A stretch of DNA of 64,000 nt from Candidatus Omnitrophota bacterium. GTDB lineage: Bacteria; Omnitrophota; Gorgyraeia; 2-01-FULL-45-10. The position numbers and the translations under genes were made by a program. How positions within the stretch are numbered: position 1 is the stretch's first letter; each line of letters starts with the position of its first letter. Shown here one piece after another: positions 54,801-64,000 of the stretch. The stretch lies in assembly GCA_030695905.1 (NCBI GenBank), contig JAUYOL010000001.1, positions 2,023 to 66,022 of the forward strand, written 5' to 3'. Below the pieces are notes generated by a model. The model was not told the origin of the DNA and searched no databases. It saw nothing but the letters and a program-made list of their open reading frames with translations.

Positions 54801-57475
54801 TGTATCCTTTGATGGGCGATGATTGTATTCCCGCTTATTTTACAGCCACCTTCGGTATAAACTATTACACAGGTATCGGCAAAACCAAAGATATCGAAGC
54901 CGCGGAAAAGGCGTTGTTAAAAAATGGGTTGCCTCCTGCTTACAAGGGTCGGCCAAAGGATCTTACGGTAATGCCGGTTAATGCGTTTGATCGCGGGGTA
55001 TACTTCCCGGCGCTGACAAAAAAAGGCGGTATAGACACGGTTCTGGTAAAAGGATTGACATCCTGGTCGATGACTTATGAAGGCAGGCGCTCAAATAAAG
55101 ACATTTGGGAGCTAGTCGAAAAGATCGGCAACAATCTGCTCCGGCCGGGAGGTTGCATAATAATTGCTGACGAAAAGGATTTGTGGCTGGCACAGTACCT
55201 TGAAGAGAAATTAGGTTATGAAGACTTGCTGGCCGGGCAGGGACATCAAAGAATCAAGCAGGCATTAAACAATGAGTGCGCCAGCTATGAGGCGTACCTG
55301 GGGGATATGTTCACTATTTTTGGAAGGGTGCCAATAAGGGTTTTGAGGAAACCCGATTTTTCCCCCGGCCCGACCGTGGAAACCGGAGTAGCACAAAATG
55401 AACCGTCCCCAAAAGCCACAAAAGTCTTCGGCCGTAACACGGTAGGCGCTGCCCAATTGCCGCCGGGATATGACAAGAGAGACCCGGGCCTGGTCGGGCA
55501 AATTAAGATACTACGGCTAAGGCAAGCGGATGGAAAAATTAAATATTGGGCTAATCAGATAGTAGGTCTCGATCGCAGGATAGGAATAATAAAAGAAAAA
55601 CAGGAATACATAATCGGGTACACAAAAAGAGCGGACCCATTGATTCTTTTAGCGGTGTGTGGTAATAAGCTGGCGGGGTTTCTTTTGGCATCCGGAGCAG
55701 GGGATGGTTTTGGCATAGATTTCTTTGGAGTCGATCCCTCTATTATAAATCACGGCATAGGTACTTCTCTATTATCCAAAGCGCTTAAGATAGCAAAAAC
55801 AAATGGTAAGAAAAAAGCTTCATTACGTGTCGAGACCAGGAGGGCGAGGGCCTCAGGAATTTATGAAAGACTTGGTTTCAAGCGGGATGTAGGGTCTTCA
55901 GATAGCTCATGGACTACCATGATATTAGATCTTACTTCAAGATCTAATTCGATATCAAGCCCTCGTTTCGGGCCAGGTGCGATGTCTGCAGATCAGCCGT
56001 TTGACGATAAGCTCGTTCCGAAAGACGCACCGGTGAACAATTCCGCCTCCGGTCAGCCGGCAGCACCAAAGGAAGTGGCGCCCGAAGGAACGGCACCAAA
56101 ACAACCTGACAATTCTAACCAGGTTAGCCTAACCAGGTTAGATGCTGAAGGACAGACGAGGCTCGTTCCTAAAGTCTTGCCGCAAGCATTCGCCGCCGGC
56201 CCAGGCGAAGAGATTGCTTCGGCCGCTTCCCTCCGGGCCTTGCGGCCCGTAGGGCCGGAGGCGTGGCCTCGCAATGACGAAATGTCAGAAGAAGCGGTGA
56301 TAAAAGGATCGTCTTCCGATACCGTAAGTACTGCGGAAAAAGCCGCAAAAATTCGGCGCGAATTTGTTCCCAAGGTTTATGAATTAAAGGGTGGAATTTT
56401 GAAACTCACGGAGTCTTTGCTTTTAGATCAAAAAATTGACCTGCAACATCTTGTGTCTGAGCAATTACAGATTATCTTCAATGTATTGGGAAGGATTGAA
56501 CTTGGTTCGAAAACCGCGAAAAGCTCGGAAGCAGATATTAGTCAGATTCTTCGCCGTTTTGACAAGGTACATTATTGGCTGGATCGGTTGGCAGATCCTG
56601 ATAAGCCGGATTCAGGGGGCAGTTCGTTAGTCGATTTTGCGAAGAAGAGATTATCGACAGGAACAGCCGATAGCAATCTGCCAAATCAGGGCCTTGCGGA
56701 ATTTGTCGGACAATACTATTTCAAACCAAATGCGGAAGGAGCTAAATTTAAAGAAGGTTTTGCAAAACTTCGCGAGCAATTTATACAGATTGAAACAGAA
56801 TATCGCCCATTGATAGCGTCTTTATTAGATACCGTTTTACCCACCGGGAGGGGAGATGCGGTTTGGCGCGCGAATGCGACTGATATTGAAAATGCCTTAC
56901 AGATGTTAACCAAACTTATTCCCGAGCAGGAGCAGGTAAAGGAGAAAGAGCTTACATATTACACGATACGATATGACGCGGATAAGATGCCGCCTCTCGC
57001 GGAAGAGTTGCTTAAAATATATGCCGGGCAGATACTGCCGGCGTGGCTGCCGGGCAAGGAGAGGGTTAAGCTAATTGCTACAAAAGGGCAAAGCGAGGGA
57101 ATTATATGGGTAAATTGTTATAAGGACCAGGGTAGGAGCCAATTGGCTGGGACAGGACACGTCGATATTCACTTCGATATCAATGAAGATATAAATGGCA
57201 GGGCGCTAAGGATAATGGGCATGCTAAACATAGCATTAGCCGCTTCCCATCTTCCCGATAACTTATCTACCGATGATATGGATAAATATAATGCTCTGGT
57301 ATCGTTTATTCAAAGGCAGTATAAAGATATAACAGGAGAAGATTTAACCGCGGATGCGCTAAAAAATGATAACAAAAACATCTGGATAAACTTGCCGCCC
57401 GCGGAACACGTTTCACCGGAAAGGGCCGACGAGTATTACCGCCTCACAATTACACAATTGCGGCAATCCGCGTAA
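51875..57475 (+). CDS. Large (1866 aa) exported modular protein with SAM-methyltransferase-like and GNAT-like domains
   Basis: Signal-like N-terminus; VLDLGT...GDF...FDLIF...RLLRPAGHIV; LLRPGGCIII; VDPS..NHGIGTSLL...IYERLGF. Confidence 0.75.
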   Translation: MFLYNIRYSVLFKAMALALVCLFVASDLIYATPELRTASQSTLAALTQLNKPEFREAAAIRECLLASKGADKYINEQIPKEKGIFGKEWESQRTERVNIYDTELKGRINGKPIAGLDSVLFIKLAGFLASTGQPFQADLAGKGYDGLPVVYIDSALCNTPDKCIQKHEIDQILQWEDLRVNMLHIADKKAMRRWVRRYINDADQALQGTPYEGMNSRQIAKLFHGYSYPLRDPYKKLFRETDYDYEYIRTMLSIYGTDEESGELKLVARREETPAPHVRPAAAGTGVAQNMLSPEFTWLIMTSQVTTDIESISTYLKPIQDTIESLDSSGARFSPYTRKVLGDARKQGAYLCEQLKVMIQKTKGLSSGPINRQAAASLLNKIDNGGRFDEVLGIFYHDVWDIIRETPPTEQAESLKDAFEKLHSRHDRIRSQLLALAHPQIFTGKTGALCYPPWLIKIPEAPRSHIEINLWELLSGRRAISYDSWPSKHERREHILPIENEHRFFERRFAKLPELITSGAWMGINRDFKTFAIELIYLYGLSLDYFRIQKQVLEKAAIDPDQVKDVLDLGTNSWPYAWCFEEIFPNLEKAYGIEGRWKHSKEFQNFWAPLSGLDPTKYKIINGDFLEIEEIPELWPSSETGGSFDLIFAHGFKPDFKVSNGANEDAYYYKLLLSASRLLRPAGHIVFIIKKDELDKFRKMLALLEGRSWADRVMNMAGFAQIIYEDVDVFVISQEDLVRHEKILEQGVQAREARHEYAEAAAFYERQSDLEADTAKPYVLAGDEWLKGAESFIKTAKKWRRKPSNDDEWISWMLENAIDRYSRYFKAPKQRKDDMYVRQQLDRIYEIIITMRQGFFDDEESRLFVSKFPKKPATDSQRDQLINYFFLKDSGGDPLESAPGSLPLNVPQNTDADRLIGEALAEIEAGQRLLVQKKAEAKAQGNASILWNHIRESSIPDYELRLRLLYHMGILRGNLLYPLMGDDCIPAYFTATFGINYYTGIGKTKDIEAAEKALLKNGLPPAYKGRPKDLTVMPVNAFDRGVYFPALTKKGGIDTVLVKGLTSWSMTYEGRRSNKDIWELVEKIGNNLLRPGGCIIIADEKDLWLAQYLEEKLGYEDLLAGQGHQRIKQALNNECASYEAYLGDMFTIFGRVPIRVLRKPDFSPGPTVETGVAQNEPSPKATKVFGRNTVGAAQLPPGYDKRDPGLVGQIKILRLRQADGKIKYWANQIVGLDRRIGIIKEKQEYIIGYTKRADPLILLAVCGNKLAGFLLASGAGDGFGIDFFGVDPSIINHGIGTSLLSKALKIAKTNGKKKASLRVETRRARASGIYERLGFKRDVGSSDSSWTTMILDLTSRSNSISSPRFGPGAMSADQPFDDKLVPKDAPVNNSASGQPAAPKEVAPEGTAPKQPDNSNQVSLTRLDAEGQTRLVPKVLPQAFAAGPGEEIASAASLRALRPVGPEAWPRNDEMSEEAVIKGSSSDTVSTAEKAAKIRREFVPKVYELKGGILKLTESLLLDQKIDLQHLVSEQLQIIFNVLGRIELGSKTAKSSEADISQILRRFDKVHYWLDRLADPDKPDSGGSSLVDFAKKRLSTGTADSNLPNQGLAEFVGQYYFKPNAEGAKFKEGFAKLREQFIQIETEYRPLIASLLDTVLPTGRGDAVWRANATDIENALQMLTKLIPEQEQVKEKELTYYTIRYDADKMPPLAEELLKIYAGQILPAWLPGKERVKLIATKGQSEGIIWVNCYKDQGRSQLAGTGHVDIHFDINEDINGRALRIMGMLNIALAASHLPDNLSTDDMDKYNALVSFIQRQYKDITGEDLTADALKNDNKNIWINLPPAEHVSPERADEYYRLTITQLRQSA
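56210..56278. repeat. Palindromic repeat element inserted in-frame in the large gene
   Basis: GAGATTGCTTCGGCCGC...CTCCGG...CCGGAG..GTGGCCTCGCAATGAC; very GC-rich hairpin in AT-richer coding context. Confidence 0.65.
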
Positions 57476-57518
57476 TTCTGATGGAAGAGAGCATGGGCAG
57501 TATGTTATATTATGTAGT

Positions 57519-58634
57519 ATGAGCAAGCTCTATATTAAGAATGGCAATGTAATTTCAAAAGAGCGGATTATAAATGGCGCTTCGGTTTATATTGATGGCT
57601 CAAAGATAGCATCTATAGGAAAAAATATTAAACCGAGCAAGGGGTCGTTTATAGTCGACGCAAAGAACTGTTTTGTCTCCCCCGGGTTTATCGACTGCCA
57701 CATACATGGCGAGCCTGAAAAGATATTTTTCAATGAAGCCAGGCATGGCATGACATCGTTTGTCGTGGCGCAGTCGTGCGCATCTTTAGAATCCATTTAT
57801 AAAAGAGCCGGAAAGATAAAAGAATTTATTAATAAAAATCCTTTTGGCGAAAATGTGCTGGGCTTACGCCTCGAAGGGCCTTATATAAATCAGGAGAAAG
57901 CGGGCGCGCAGAATAAGGCTTACATAAAAAATCCCGACATGCAGGAACTGATGCAGATCTTGCAAGGCTGTAAAGGTCTTTTAAAGATAATGACCGTTGC
58001 CCCCGAGCTTATAGGCATAAAGCCTATCTTAAGGACATTATGTAAAAATGGGGTTATTCCATCCATAGGCCACTCGGACGCAACCTATGAATCCGCCATA
58101 GATGGTATAGATGCCGGTATACGCCACGCAACGCATACATTTAACGCGATGAGCCCGCTCGACAGACGCTCACCCGGAGTTATCGGAGCGATCCTATTAG
58201 ATAACAGGGTTACGGCCGAGATAATCCTGGACCTTGTGCACGTGCATAGGGCGTTATTCGCTCTTCTGATTAAGGCAAAGACAAAGGATAGGGTTATTGT
58301 AATAACGGACTCCATAGTTTCATCTCCGCATAAAGATACCGCGCAGATCGGGGGCGCATACAGATTTGATGACGGAAGATTGGCGGGGTCGGCGCTTAAT
58401 ATGATAGAGGCCCTGAAGAACGCGGTGACAAAGTGCAACCTATCGTTATTAGAAGCTCTGCGGCTTATTACGTTAAATCCCGCGAGATTTTTGGGGGTAG
58501 ATGGCAAAAAAGGCTCCATAGAGACGGGCAAGGACGCGGATATAGTAATTTTCGACAAAAATTTTGATGTAAAAGCGACGATAATTTGTGGTAGAATAGC
58601 CTACGAGAAGAAAGGCTTTATATGTGCGGCATAG
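57519..58634 (+). CDS. nagA: N-acetylglucosamine-6-phosphate deacetylase
   Basis: PGFIDCHIHG, LEGPY, TVAPE, GHSDA, THTFNAM, ITD, LAGS. Confidence 0.9.
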   Translation: MSKLYIKNGNVISKERIINGASVYIDGSKIASIGKNIKPSKGSFIVDAKNCFVSPGFIDCHIHGEPEKIFFNEARHGMTSFVVAQSCASLESIYKRAGKIKEFINKNPFGENVLGLRLEGPYINQEKAGAQNKAYIKNPDMQELMQILQGCKGLLKIMTVAPELIGIKPILRTLCKNGVIPSIGHSDATYESAIDGIDAGIRHATHTFNAMSPLDRRSPGVIGAILLDNRVTAEIILDLVHVHRALFALLIKAKTKDRVIVITDSIVSSPHKDTAQIGGAYRFDDGRLAGSALNMIEALKNAVTKCNLSLLEALRLITLNPARFLGVDGKKGSIETGKDADIVIFDKNFDVKATIICGRIAYEKKGFICAA

Positions 58635-60448
58635 TGGGATATATAGGAGATCGCAACGCCCAAGAGCTTTTGCTTGAGGGTTTAGGACGGCTTGAGTACA
58701 GAGGATATGATTCTGCCGGCGTGGCCATTTTTGACGGGAAGGCAATAAACCTGTCGAAGCGGCAGGGGAAACTGAAAGAACTCATTCTTGAGCTTAAAAA
58801 AAGGCCTTTAACCGGCTGCTTGGGCATAGGCCATACTCGCTGGGCCACACACGGAGCGCCAAACCAAAGAAATGCTCACCCGCACACTGGTTGTAAAGAC
58901 GACCTCGCGATAGTCCACAACGGTATTATTGAAAATTACGCGGAGCTTAAAGAAGATCTTATAAAGCAGGGCCATAAGTTCAGGAGCGAGACCGACACCG
59001 AGGTATTGGCTCATTTGATAGAAAAATTTTATAAAGCGGCGCCGATAGAAGAAGCCGTAAGGAAGGCCGTCTCTATGGTCAGGGGATCTTTCGCCATAGG
59101 CGTAATTTCAAAAAAGGAGCCCGGTAAGCTTATCGGCGCGAGGATGGGCAGCCCTTTAATAGTGGGGTTGGGCAAAAAAGAAAATTTTCTCGCATCAGAC
59201 GTGCCCGCGATATTGAGCTCGACAAAAGATGTAATCTTCCTCGACGAGCAGGAACTGGTCATCTTGACGAAAGAGAGCTGCAAGGTAACTAATTTAAGCG
59301 GCAAAGAAATACAAAAACAATCCACACGCATAAGCTGGGATATAGAGCAGGCGCAGAAACAGGGCTATAAACATTTTATGCTCAAAGAGATAAACGAACA
59401 GCCGGGCATAATAGAAAATTTTATCAATGCCAGAGTTAAAGACGGTGATATCGCGTTCGAAGAGCAGAAAATACCGGAAGAGCGGCTAAAGGCAATAAAG
59501 AATATATATATTGTCGCGTGCGGTACCGCCTATCATGCGGGGCTTGTCGGCAGGTATGTCCTGGAATCTCTTTGCGGCATCCCCGTATTCATAGATGTTT
59601 CGAGCGAATTCAGATACAAAAAATTATTGATAGACAAAGATACGCTGGTCATTCCGATAAGCCAATCGGGCGAGACCGCTGACACATTGGCCGGGGTCGC
59701 GGAAGCGAAAAAACATGGCGCCGTGATTCTCTCCATATGTAACGTGCTTGGGTCTACATTGACTCGCGGATCCGACGGTGTCATATATACACATGCCGGC
59801 CCCGAGATAGGCGTCGCGTCGACGAAAGCATATACGGCGCAGCTGGTGGCTTTGTATATTTTTGCGCTTTATCTTGCGGGCATAAAAGGCATTGTGCAGA
59901 AGCAGGATATAGCCAAATATATAAGAGAGTTAAAAAACATCCCGGGTAAACAGAGCGAGGTATTGAAGGATCAGGAAAAGATAGCGAAGCTTGCCAAGCG
60001 CCACTCGCACCTCGGGTCCTTTCTTTATCTAGGGCGATCAGTAAACTTTCCCTCGGCGCTGGAGGGCGCGCTTAAATTAAAAGAGATATCCTATATCCCC
60101 GCGGAAGGATACGCGGCGGGCGAAATGAAACACGGCCCGATCGCCTTGATAGACGAATATCGCGCCGTAGTTTGTATAGCATGCGAATCCGCGGTATACG
60201 AAAAGATGTTTTCGAACCTTCAGGAGATAAGAGCGAGGAACGGCAAAATAATAGCGATAGCTACCGTCGGGGATAAGAAGATATTGGAAGAGACAAAAGA
60301 GGTCATATATATACCAAGATGCAGCGAAATATTCTCACCGCTGGTGGTTGCCATTCCCCTGCAGCTGATCGCGTACCACATTGCCGTAAAGAGAGGCTGC
60401 GACGTGGACCAGCCGCGTAATTTAGCAAAATCGGTAACGGTAGAATAA
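58622..60448 (+). CDS. glmS: Glutamine--fructose-6-phosphate aminotransferase
   Basis: MCGIVG, LEYRGYDSAG, GHTRWATHG, SQSGETADT, PRNLAKSVTVE. Confidence 0.98.
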   Translation: MCGIVGYIGDRNAQELLLEGLGRLEYRGYDSAGVAIFDGKAINLSKRQGKLKELILELKKRPLTGCLGIGHTRWATHGAPNQRNAHPHTGCKDDLAIVHNGIIENYAELKEDLIKQGHKFRSETDTEVLAHLIEKFYKAAPIEEAVRKAVSMVRGSFAIGVISKKEPGKLIGARMGSPLIVGLGKKENFLASDVPAILSSTKDVIFLDEQELVILTKESCKVTNLSGKEIQKQSTRISWDIEQAQKQGYKHFMLKEINEQPGIIENFINARVKDGDIAFEEQKIPEERLKAIKNIYIVACGTAYHAGLVGRYVLESLCGIPVFIDVSSEFRYKKLLIDKDTLVIPISQSGETADTLAGVAEAKKHGAVILSICNVLGSTLTRGSDGVIYTHAGPEIGVASTKAYTAQLVALYIFALYLAGIKGIVQKQDIAKYIRELKNIPGKQSEVLKDQEKIAKLAKRHSHLGSFLYLGRSVNFPSALEGALKLKEISYIPAEGYAAGEMKHGPIALIDEYRAVVCIACESAVYEKMFSNLQEIRARNGKIIAIATVGDKKILEETKEVIYIPRCSEIFSPLVVAIPLQLIAYHIAVKRGCDVDQPRNLAKSVTVE

Positions 60449-60449
60449 T

Positions 60450-61112
60450 ATGCCCGGAACGCTATATGTAGTTGCCACGCCCATAGGTAATTTAGAAGAC
60501 ATTACACTGCGCGCAATAGACACTTTGAAAAAAGTCGACCTTATCGCGGCAGAAGATACCCGCCACACAAAGATACTTCTTGATAGATACGATATCCACG
60601 TACCCATGACCAGCTATTTCGAATACAATAAAATCCAAAAATCCGATTATTTGTTAAAGGCATTGCAGGAAGGCAAGTCGGTTGCTCTTGTTTCCGACGC
60701 CGGCACACCCGGCATATCGGATCCGGGTTATACTATTATTAAACTATGTATAGATAGCAATATACCGGTAGTGCCGATACCGGGCCCGTCAGGGCTGATT
60801 ACGGCGCTTACCGTTTCAGGTAAGTCGACAAGCCAGTTCACATTTGCCGGCTTCCTGTCTCCAAAACCGATTAAGCGGAAAAATCAACTAAAAAAATTGC
60901 AATCAGAGGAGAGAACGGTCGTGCTATATGAGTCTCCACATAGAATGGAGAAGCTTTTGGATGACATTTTGGAGATATATGGCGATACACAACTCGTTAT
61001 AGTTAGGGAAGTTACAAAGAAATTTGAAGAGATAAGGCGAGAAAAAGTAAGTTTTTCTATAGAGCATTTTAAATCGCACAAGCCCAAAGGCGAATTTGTA
61101 GTAATTATCTAA
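60450..61112 (+). CDS. rsmI: 16S rRNA C1402 2'-O-methyltransferase
   Basis: VATPIGNLEDITLRA, AEDTR, SDAGTPGISDPG, YESPHR. Confidence 0.95.
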   Translation: MPGTLYVVATPIGNLEDITLRAIDTLKKVDLIAAEDTRHTKILLDRYDIHVPMTSYFEYNKIQKSDYLLKALQEGKSVALVSDAGTPGISDPGYTIIKLCIDSNIPVVPIPGPSGLITALTVSGKSTSQFTFAGFLSPKPIKRKNQLKKLQSEERTVVLYESPHRMEKLLDDILEIYGDTQLVIVREVTKKFEEIRREKVSFSIEHFKSHKPKGEFVVII

Positions 61113-61120
61113 GAAAAGCC

Positions 61121-61257
61121 TTGACAATGCGCACCTTCTATGGTATTATCTATGTACAATAAACACCTTTTAATTCGGGACAGAGAGCCCGGGAAGGGAG
61201 TAAAATTGGTGAAAGGAACCCACGCATCTGTAAATATAGGTACGTGGGACTTTTTTT
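61121..61257 (+). promoter_or_regulatory. pyr promoter and PyrR attenuator leader
   Basis: TTGACA-17-TATTAT; CCTTTTAATTCGGGACAGAGAGCCCGGGAAGG binding-loop-like motif; CCCACG...CGTGGG hairpin plus T7. Confidence 0.78.
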
Positions 61258-61276
61258 GCCCATTTGAGGTGTTAAG

Positions 61277-61831
61277 ATGCATTTAAAAGAAAAGTCGAAG
61301 ATATTAGACAAAGATGCGATAGAAAAATCCTTAAAGAGGATTGCGCACGAGATAATCGAAAACTCCGCGGATATGGACGATACCGTATTGATAGGCATTA
61401 AGAATAGAGGCTCATACATTGCTGAAAGGCTCGCGGATAAGATAAAAGAGATCGCAGGCTCGCGTCCTAAAGTAGGCGCTCTCGACATAACATTATACAG
61501 GGATGATCTTACTCAAGTTTCCGAACAGCCGATAGTCCACGCAACCGAGATAGATTTTGACATAGACCAAAAAAGGATAGTTCTTGTTGACGATGTATTG
61601 TTTACAGGCAGGACCATAAGGTGCGCCCTGGACGCGCTGATAGATTTCGGCAGGCCGGGCAAGATACAGCTCGCGGTGCTTGTCGACAGGGGCCACAGAG
61701 AGCTTCCGATAAGAGCGGACTATGTGGGCAAGAACGTGCCGACCGCTATAAATGAGGTGGTCGAGGTGCGGCTGACCGAGCCGGACGGAAAAGATGAAGT
61801 AGTTATATGCGAAAAAGGTCGATTAATATGA
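61277..61831 (+). CDS. pyrR: Pyrimidine operon regulator/UPRTase PyrR
   Basis: [43 protein letters not shown]. Confidence 0.96.
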   Translation: MHLKEKSKILDKDAIEKSLKRIAHEIIENSADMDDTVLIGIKNRGSYIAERLADKIKEIAGSRPKVGALDITLYRDDLTQVSEQPIVHATEIDFDIDQKRIVLVDDVLFTGRTIRCALDALIDFGRPGKIQLAVLVDRGHRELPIRADYVGKNVPTAINEVVEVRLTEPDGKDEVVICEKGRLI

Positions 61832-62769
61832 CGAATGAAAAGAAGTTTGTCTGGACAAAAAAAGACCTGCTTGGCCTTGAATACCTATCCAGGGAAGAGA
61901 TAGAACATATTTTATATACCGCCTCAAGTTTTAAAGAAGTTACCACCCGCCAGATAAAGAAGGTTCCCGCCCTGCGGGGCAAAACGGTGGTAAATCTATT
62001 CTATGAACCATCCACCAGGACGAGGATATCGTTTGAGCTTGCCGCTAAGAGACTTTCAGCCGACGTGATAAATGTCGCGGTAGAGGCGTCGAGCGTAAGA
62101 AAAGGCGAAACGCTTATCGATACCGGTAAAAATATAGAAGCGCTAAAGATAGATATAATAGTCGTGCGACACGATTGCTCGGGCGCCCCCAACATATTGG
62201 CCCGCTCGGTGAAGGCAAGTGTTGTAAATGCCGGTGACGGATGGCATGAGCACCCGACACAGGCGCTTCTCGACATATTCACATTAAAATCCAAGTTGGG
62301 TAAAGTTGACGGGCTAAGTGTAAGCATAATAGGAGACATAGCGCATTCGAGAGTTGCGCGTTCGAATATATGGGGCCTTACGAAGCTCGGCGCAAAAGTT
62401 ACCGTATGCGCGCCAAAGATATTAATACCGGAAGGCATAGAAAAGATGGGCGTGAGAGTTACGTATGACGTCGATGATGCCATCAAAAACGCTGACGCGA
62501 TAAATGTACTTAGAATGCAGCTAGAGCGGGATACGGCAGGGGCATTCCCGAAGAGGATAGATTTCTTTAAGCAATATGGGATTTCGGAAGAGAGACTCAA
62601 GATTTGTAAAAAAGATTTAGTGGTTATGCATCCGGGCCCCATAAACAGGGGTGTCGAAATGTCCAGCGGCGTAGCGGATGGCCAGAATTCGGTAATATTA
62701 GAACAGGTAACGAACGGCATCGCCGTCAGGATGGCAGTGTTGTATTTAATCGCTCACGCGAAGAGATAA
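61807..62769 (+). CDS. pyrB: Aspartate carbamoyltransferase catalytic subunit (start probably 61828)
   Basis: [30 protein letters not shown]. Confidence 0.96.
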   Translation: MRKRSINMTNEKKFVWTKKDLLGLEYLSREEIEHILYTASSFKEVTTRQIKKVPALRGKTVVNLFYEPSTRTRISFELAAKRLSADVINVAVEASSVRKGETLIDTGKNIEALKIDIIVVRHDCSGAPNILARSVKASVVNAGDGWHEHPTQALLDIFTLKSKLGKVDGLSVSIIGDIAHSRVARSNIWGLTKLGAKVTVCAPKILIPEGIEKMGVRVTYDVDDAIKNADAINVLRMQLERDTAGAFPKRIDFFKQYGISEERLKICKKDLVVMHPGPINRGVEMSSGVADGQNSVILEQVTNGIAVRMAVLYLIAHAKR

Positions 62770-62773
62770 TATT

Positions 62774-64000
62774 ATGGGAACATATCTGATAAAAAACGGG
62801 CGTGTAATAGACCCGCAAAACAAAGTCGATGATATTTTAGATATATTAATATCAGACGGCAAGATAGAAAAGATAGAAAAAAACCTGTCAGCCAGGGCGG
62901 ACGAAACGATAGATGCCAAAGGTTGTATTGTCGCGCCCGGTTTGGTAGATATGCATACTCACTTAAGAGAGCCCGGCAGAGAAGATGAAGAGACGGTCCT
63001 GACCGGCACCCGTGCCGCGGTAAAAGGCGGGTTTACCACGGTGGCGTGTATGCCAAATACCGAGCCGCCTCTTGACAATCCCGCGATAATAAAATCACTA
63101 AAAGAGATAATAGAAAAAGACGCACTCTGTAATGTAGCCATAGTGGGAGCCATAACGGAAGACCGCGCCGGCAAACGCCCAACCGATTTTCATAAGATGA
63201 AGAGCCAGGGAGTTGTCGCCGTGTCAGATGACGGATCGTCGGTTGCGGACGAAAAAGTGATGACCGAGGCGCTTACGCAATCCAAAGAAGAGGACCTGCT
63301 TGTAATAGACCACTGTGAGGACGCAAAGTTATCGGCAAACGGCGTAATGAATCAGTCGTTCACCTCGACGAAGTTAGGCCTCCGGGGTATTCCCGGGGCA
63401 GCGGAATACGAGATGGTAAAACGCGACATAGCGCTTGCGAAAAAATTATTATGCAGAATACATATAGCCCACGTGAGCACCAAAGAGTCGGTAGAACTTA
63501 TACGCAAAGCAAAAAAAGAGGGTGTAAACATTACCGCTGAAACTGCGCCGCACTACTTTTCACTTACCGAAGAGTGCTGCGCGACGTATGATACAAATAC
63601 CAAGATGAACCCGCCGCTAAGATCCAAAGACGATGTAGACGCGATTAAGGCAGGGTTGAAGGACGCCACGATAGATGTTATAGCTACCGACCATGCTCCG
63701 CATGCGGATAACGAGAAAGATGTTGAATTTGACTCCGCGCCATTCGGCATAATCGGCCTGGAAACGGCGCTGAGCCTGTCTGTAATGGAACTGGTAGAAA
63801 GCAAAGTGCTTTCGTGGAGCGGTATTATAGAAAAGATGTCTGTGAACCCTTCAAAAATATTGGGCATAAAAAAAGGCAACCTGAAAAAAGGGGCCGCGGC
63901 GGATATGGTGATCATAGATCCAGCTAAAGAATATACATATACAAAAGAGTCCATAGAATCGAAATCGAAGAATTCGCCTTTTATCAACTGGATATTAAAA
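62774..64000 (+). CDS. pyrC: Dihydroorotase, runs off the window
   Basis: Manual translation MGTYLIKNGRVIDP...PGLVDMHTHLREPG...MPNT...KMNPPLR...ATDHAPH. Confidence 0.93.
   Translation, partial: MGTYLIKNGRVIDPQNKVDDILDILISDGKIEKIEKNLSARADETIDAKGCIVAPGLVDMHTHLREPGREDEETVLTGTRAAVKGGFTTVACMPNTEPPLDNPAIIKSLKEIIEKDALCNVAIVGAITEDRAGKRPTDFHKMKSQGVVAVSDDGSSVADEKVMTEALTQSKEEDLLVIDHCEDAKLSANGVMNQSFTSTKLGLRGIPGAAEYEMVKRDIALAKKLLCRIHIAHVSTKESVELIRKAKKEGVNITAETAPHYFSLTEECCATYDTNTKMNPPLRSKDDVDAIKAGLKDATIDVIATDHAPHADNEKDVEFDSAPFGIIGLETALSLSVMELVESKVLSWSGIIEKMSVNPSKILGIKKGNLKKGAAADMVIIDPAKEYTYTKESIESKSKNSPFINWILK

Noticed and set aside
51694-57518. Integrative island at tRNA-Glu
   Set aside because: No integrase and no duplicated tRNA 3' end seen after the large gene

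Overview
Chromosomal window spanning a bacterial replication origin. Genes left of ~42.2 kb are on the - strand and genes from dnaA onward are on the + strand. The organism is probably a PVC-group bacterium such as Ca. Omnitrophota; this is inferred from gene style, not from a marker search. In order: (1) 1-6.6 kb, Fur-regulated FTR1/P19 (Fet-type) iron-uptake operon containing an AlgE-like porin. (2) 6.6-9.1 kb, a compact four-gene cassette of radical SAM enzyme, PqqD/RRE protein, an unannotated 59-aa peptide and a MenA/UbiA prenyltransferase. It looks like an undescribed RiPP system and is the top candidate here. (3) 9.2-19.4 kb, copper cluster: CusCBA-like genes, CopA, a YHS-TrxB fusion lacking its CxxC, small proteins, and CsoR with its operator. 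(4) TPP-riboswitch thiESGHF operon, a tRNA sulfurtransferase and a secreted-looking double-PLD protein. (5) rarA, 6S RNA, pheST, rplT-rpmI-infC-thrS, three tRNAs, coaCB, rpoZ, gmk, yicC, ndk, parAB, yidC-yidD-rnpA-rpmH. (6) oriC, dnaA-dnaN-dciA-gyrB (with an HNH intein)-gyrA and tRNA-Glu. (7) An 1866-aa modular protein, nagA-glmS-rsmI, and the PyrR-attenuated pyrR-pyrB-pyrC operon (truncated). All calls are by eye from motifs; no database searches were run.
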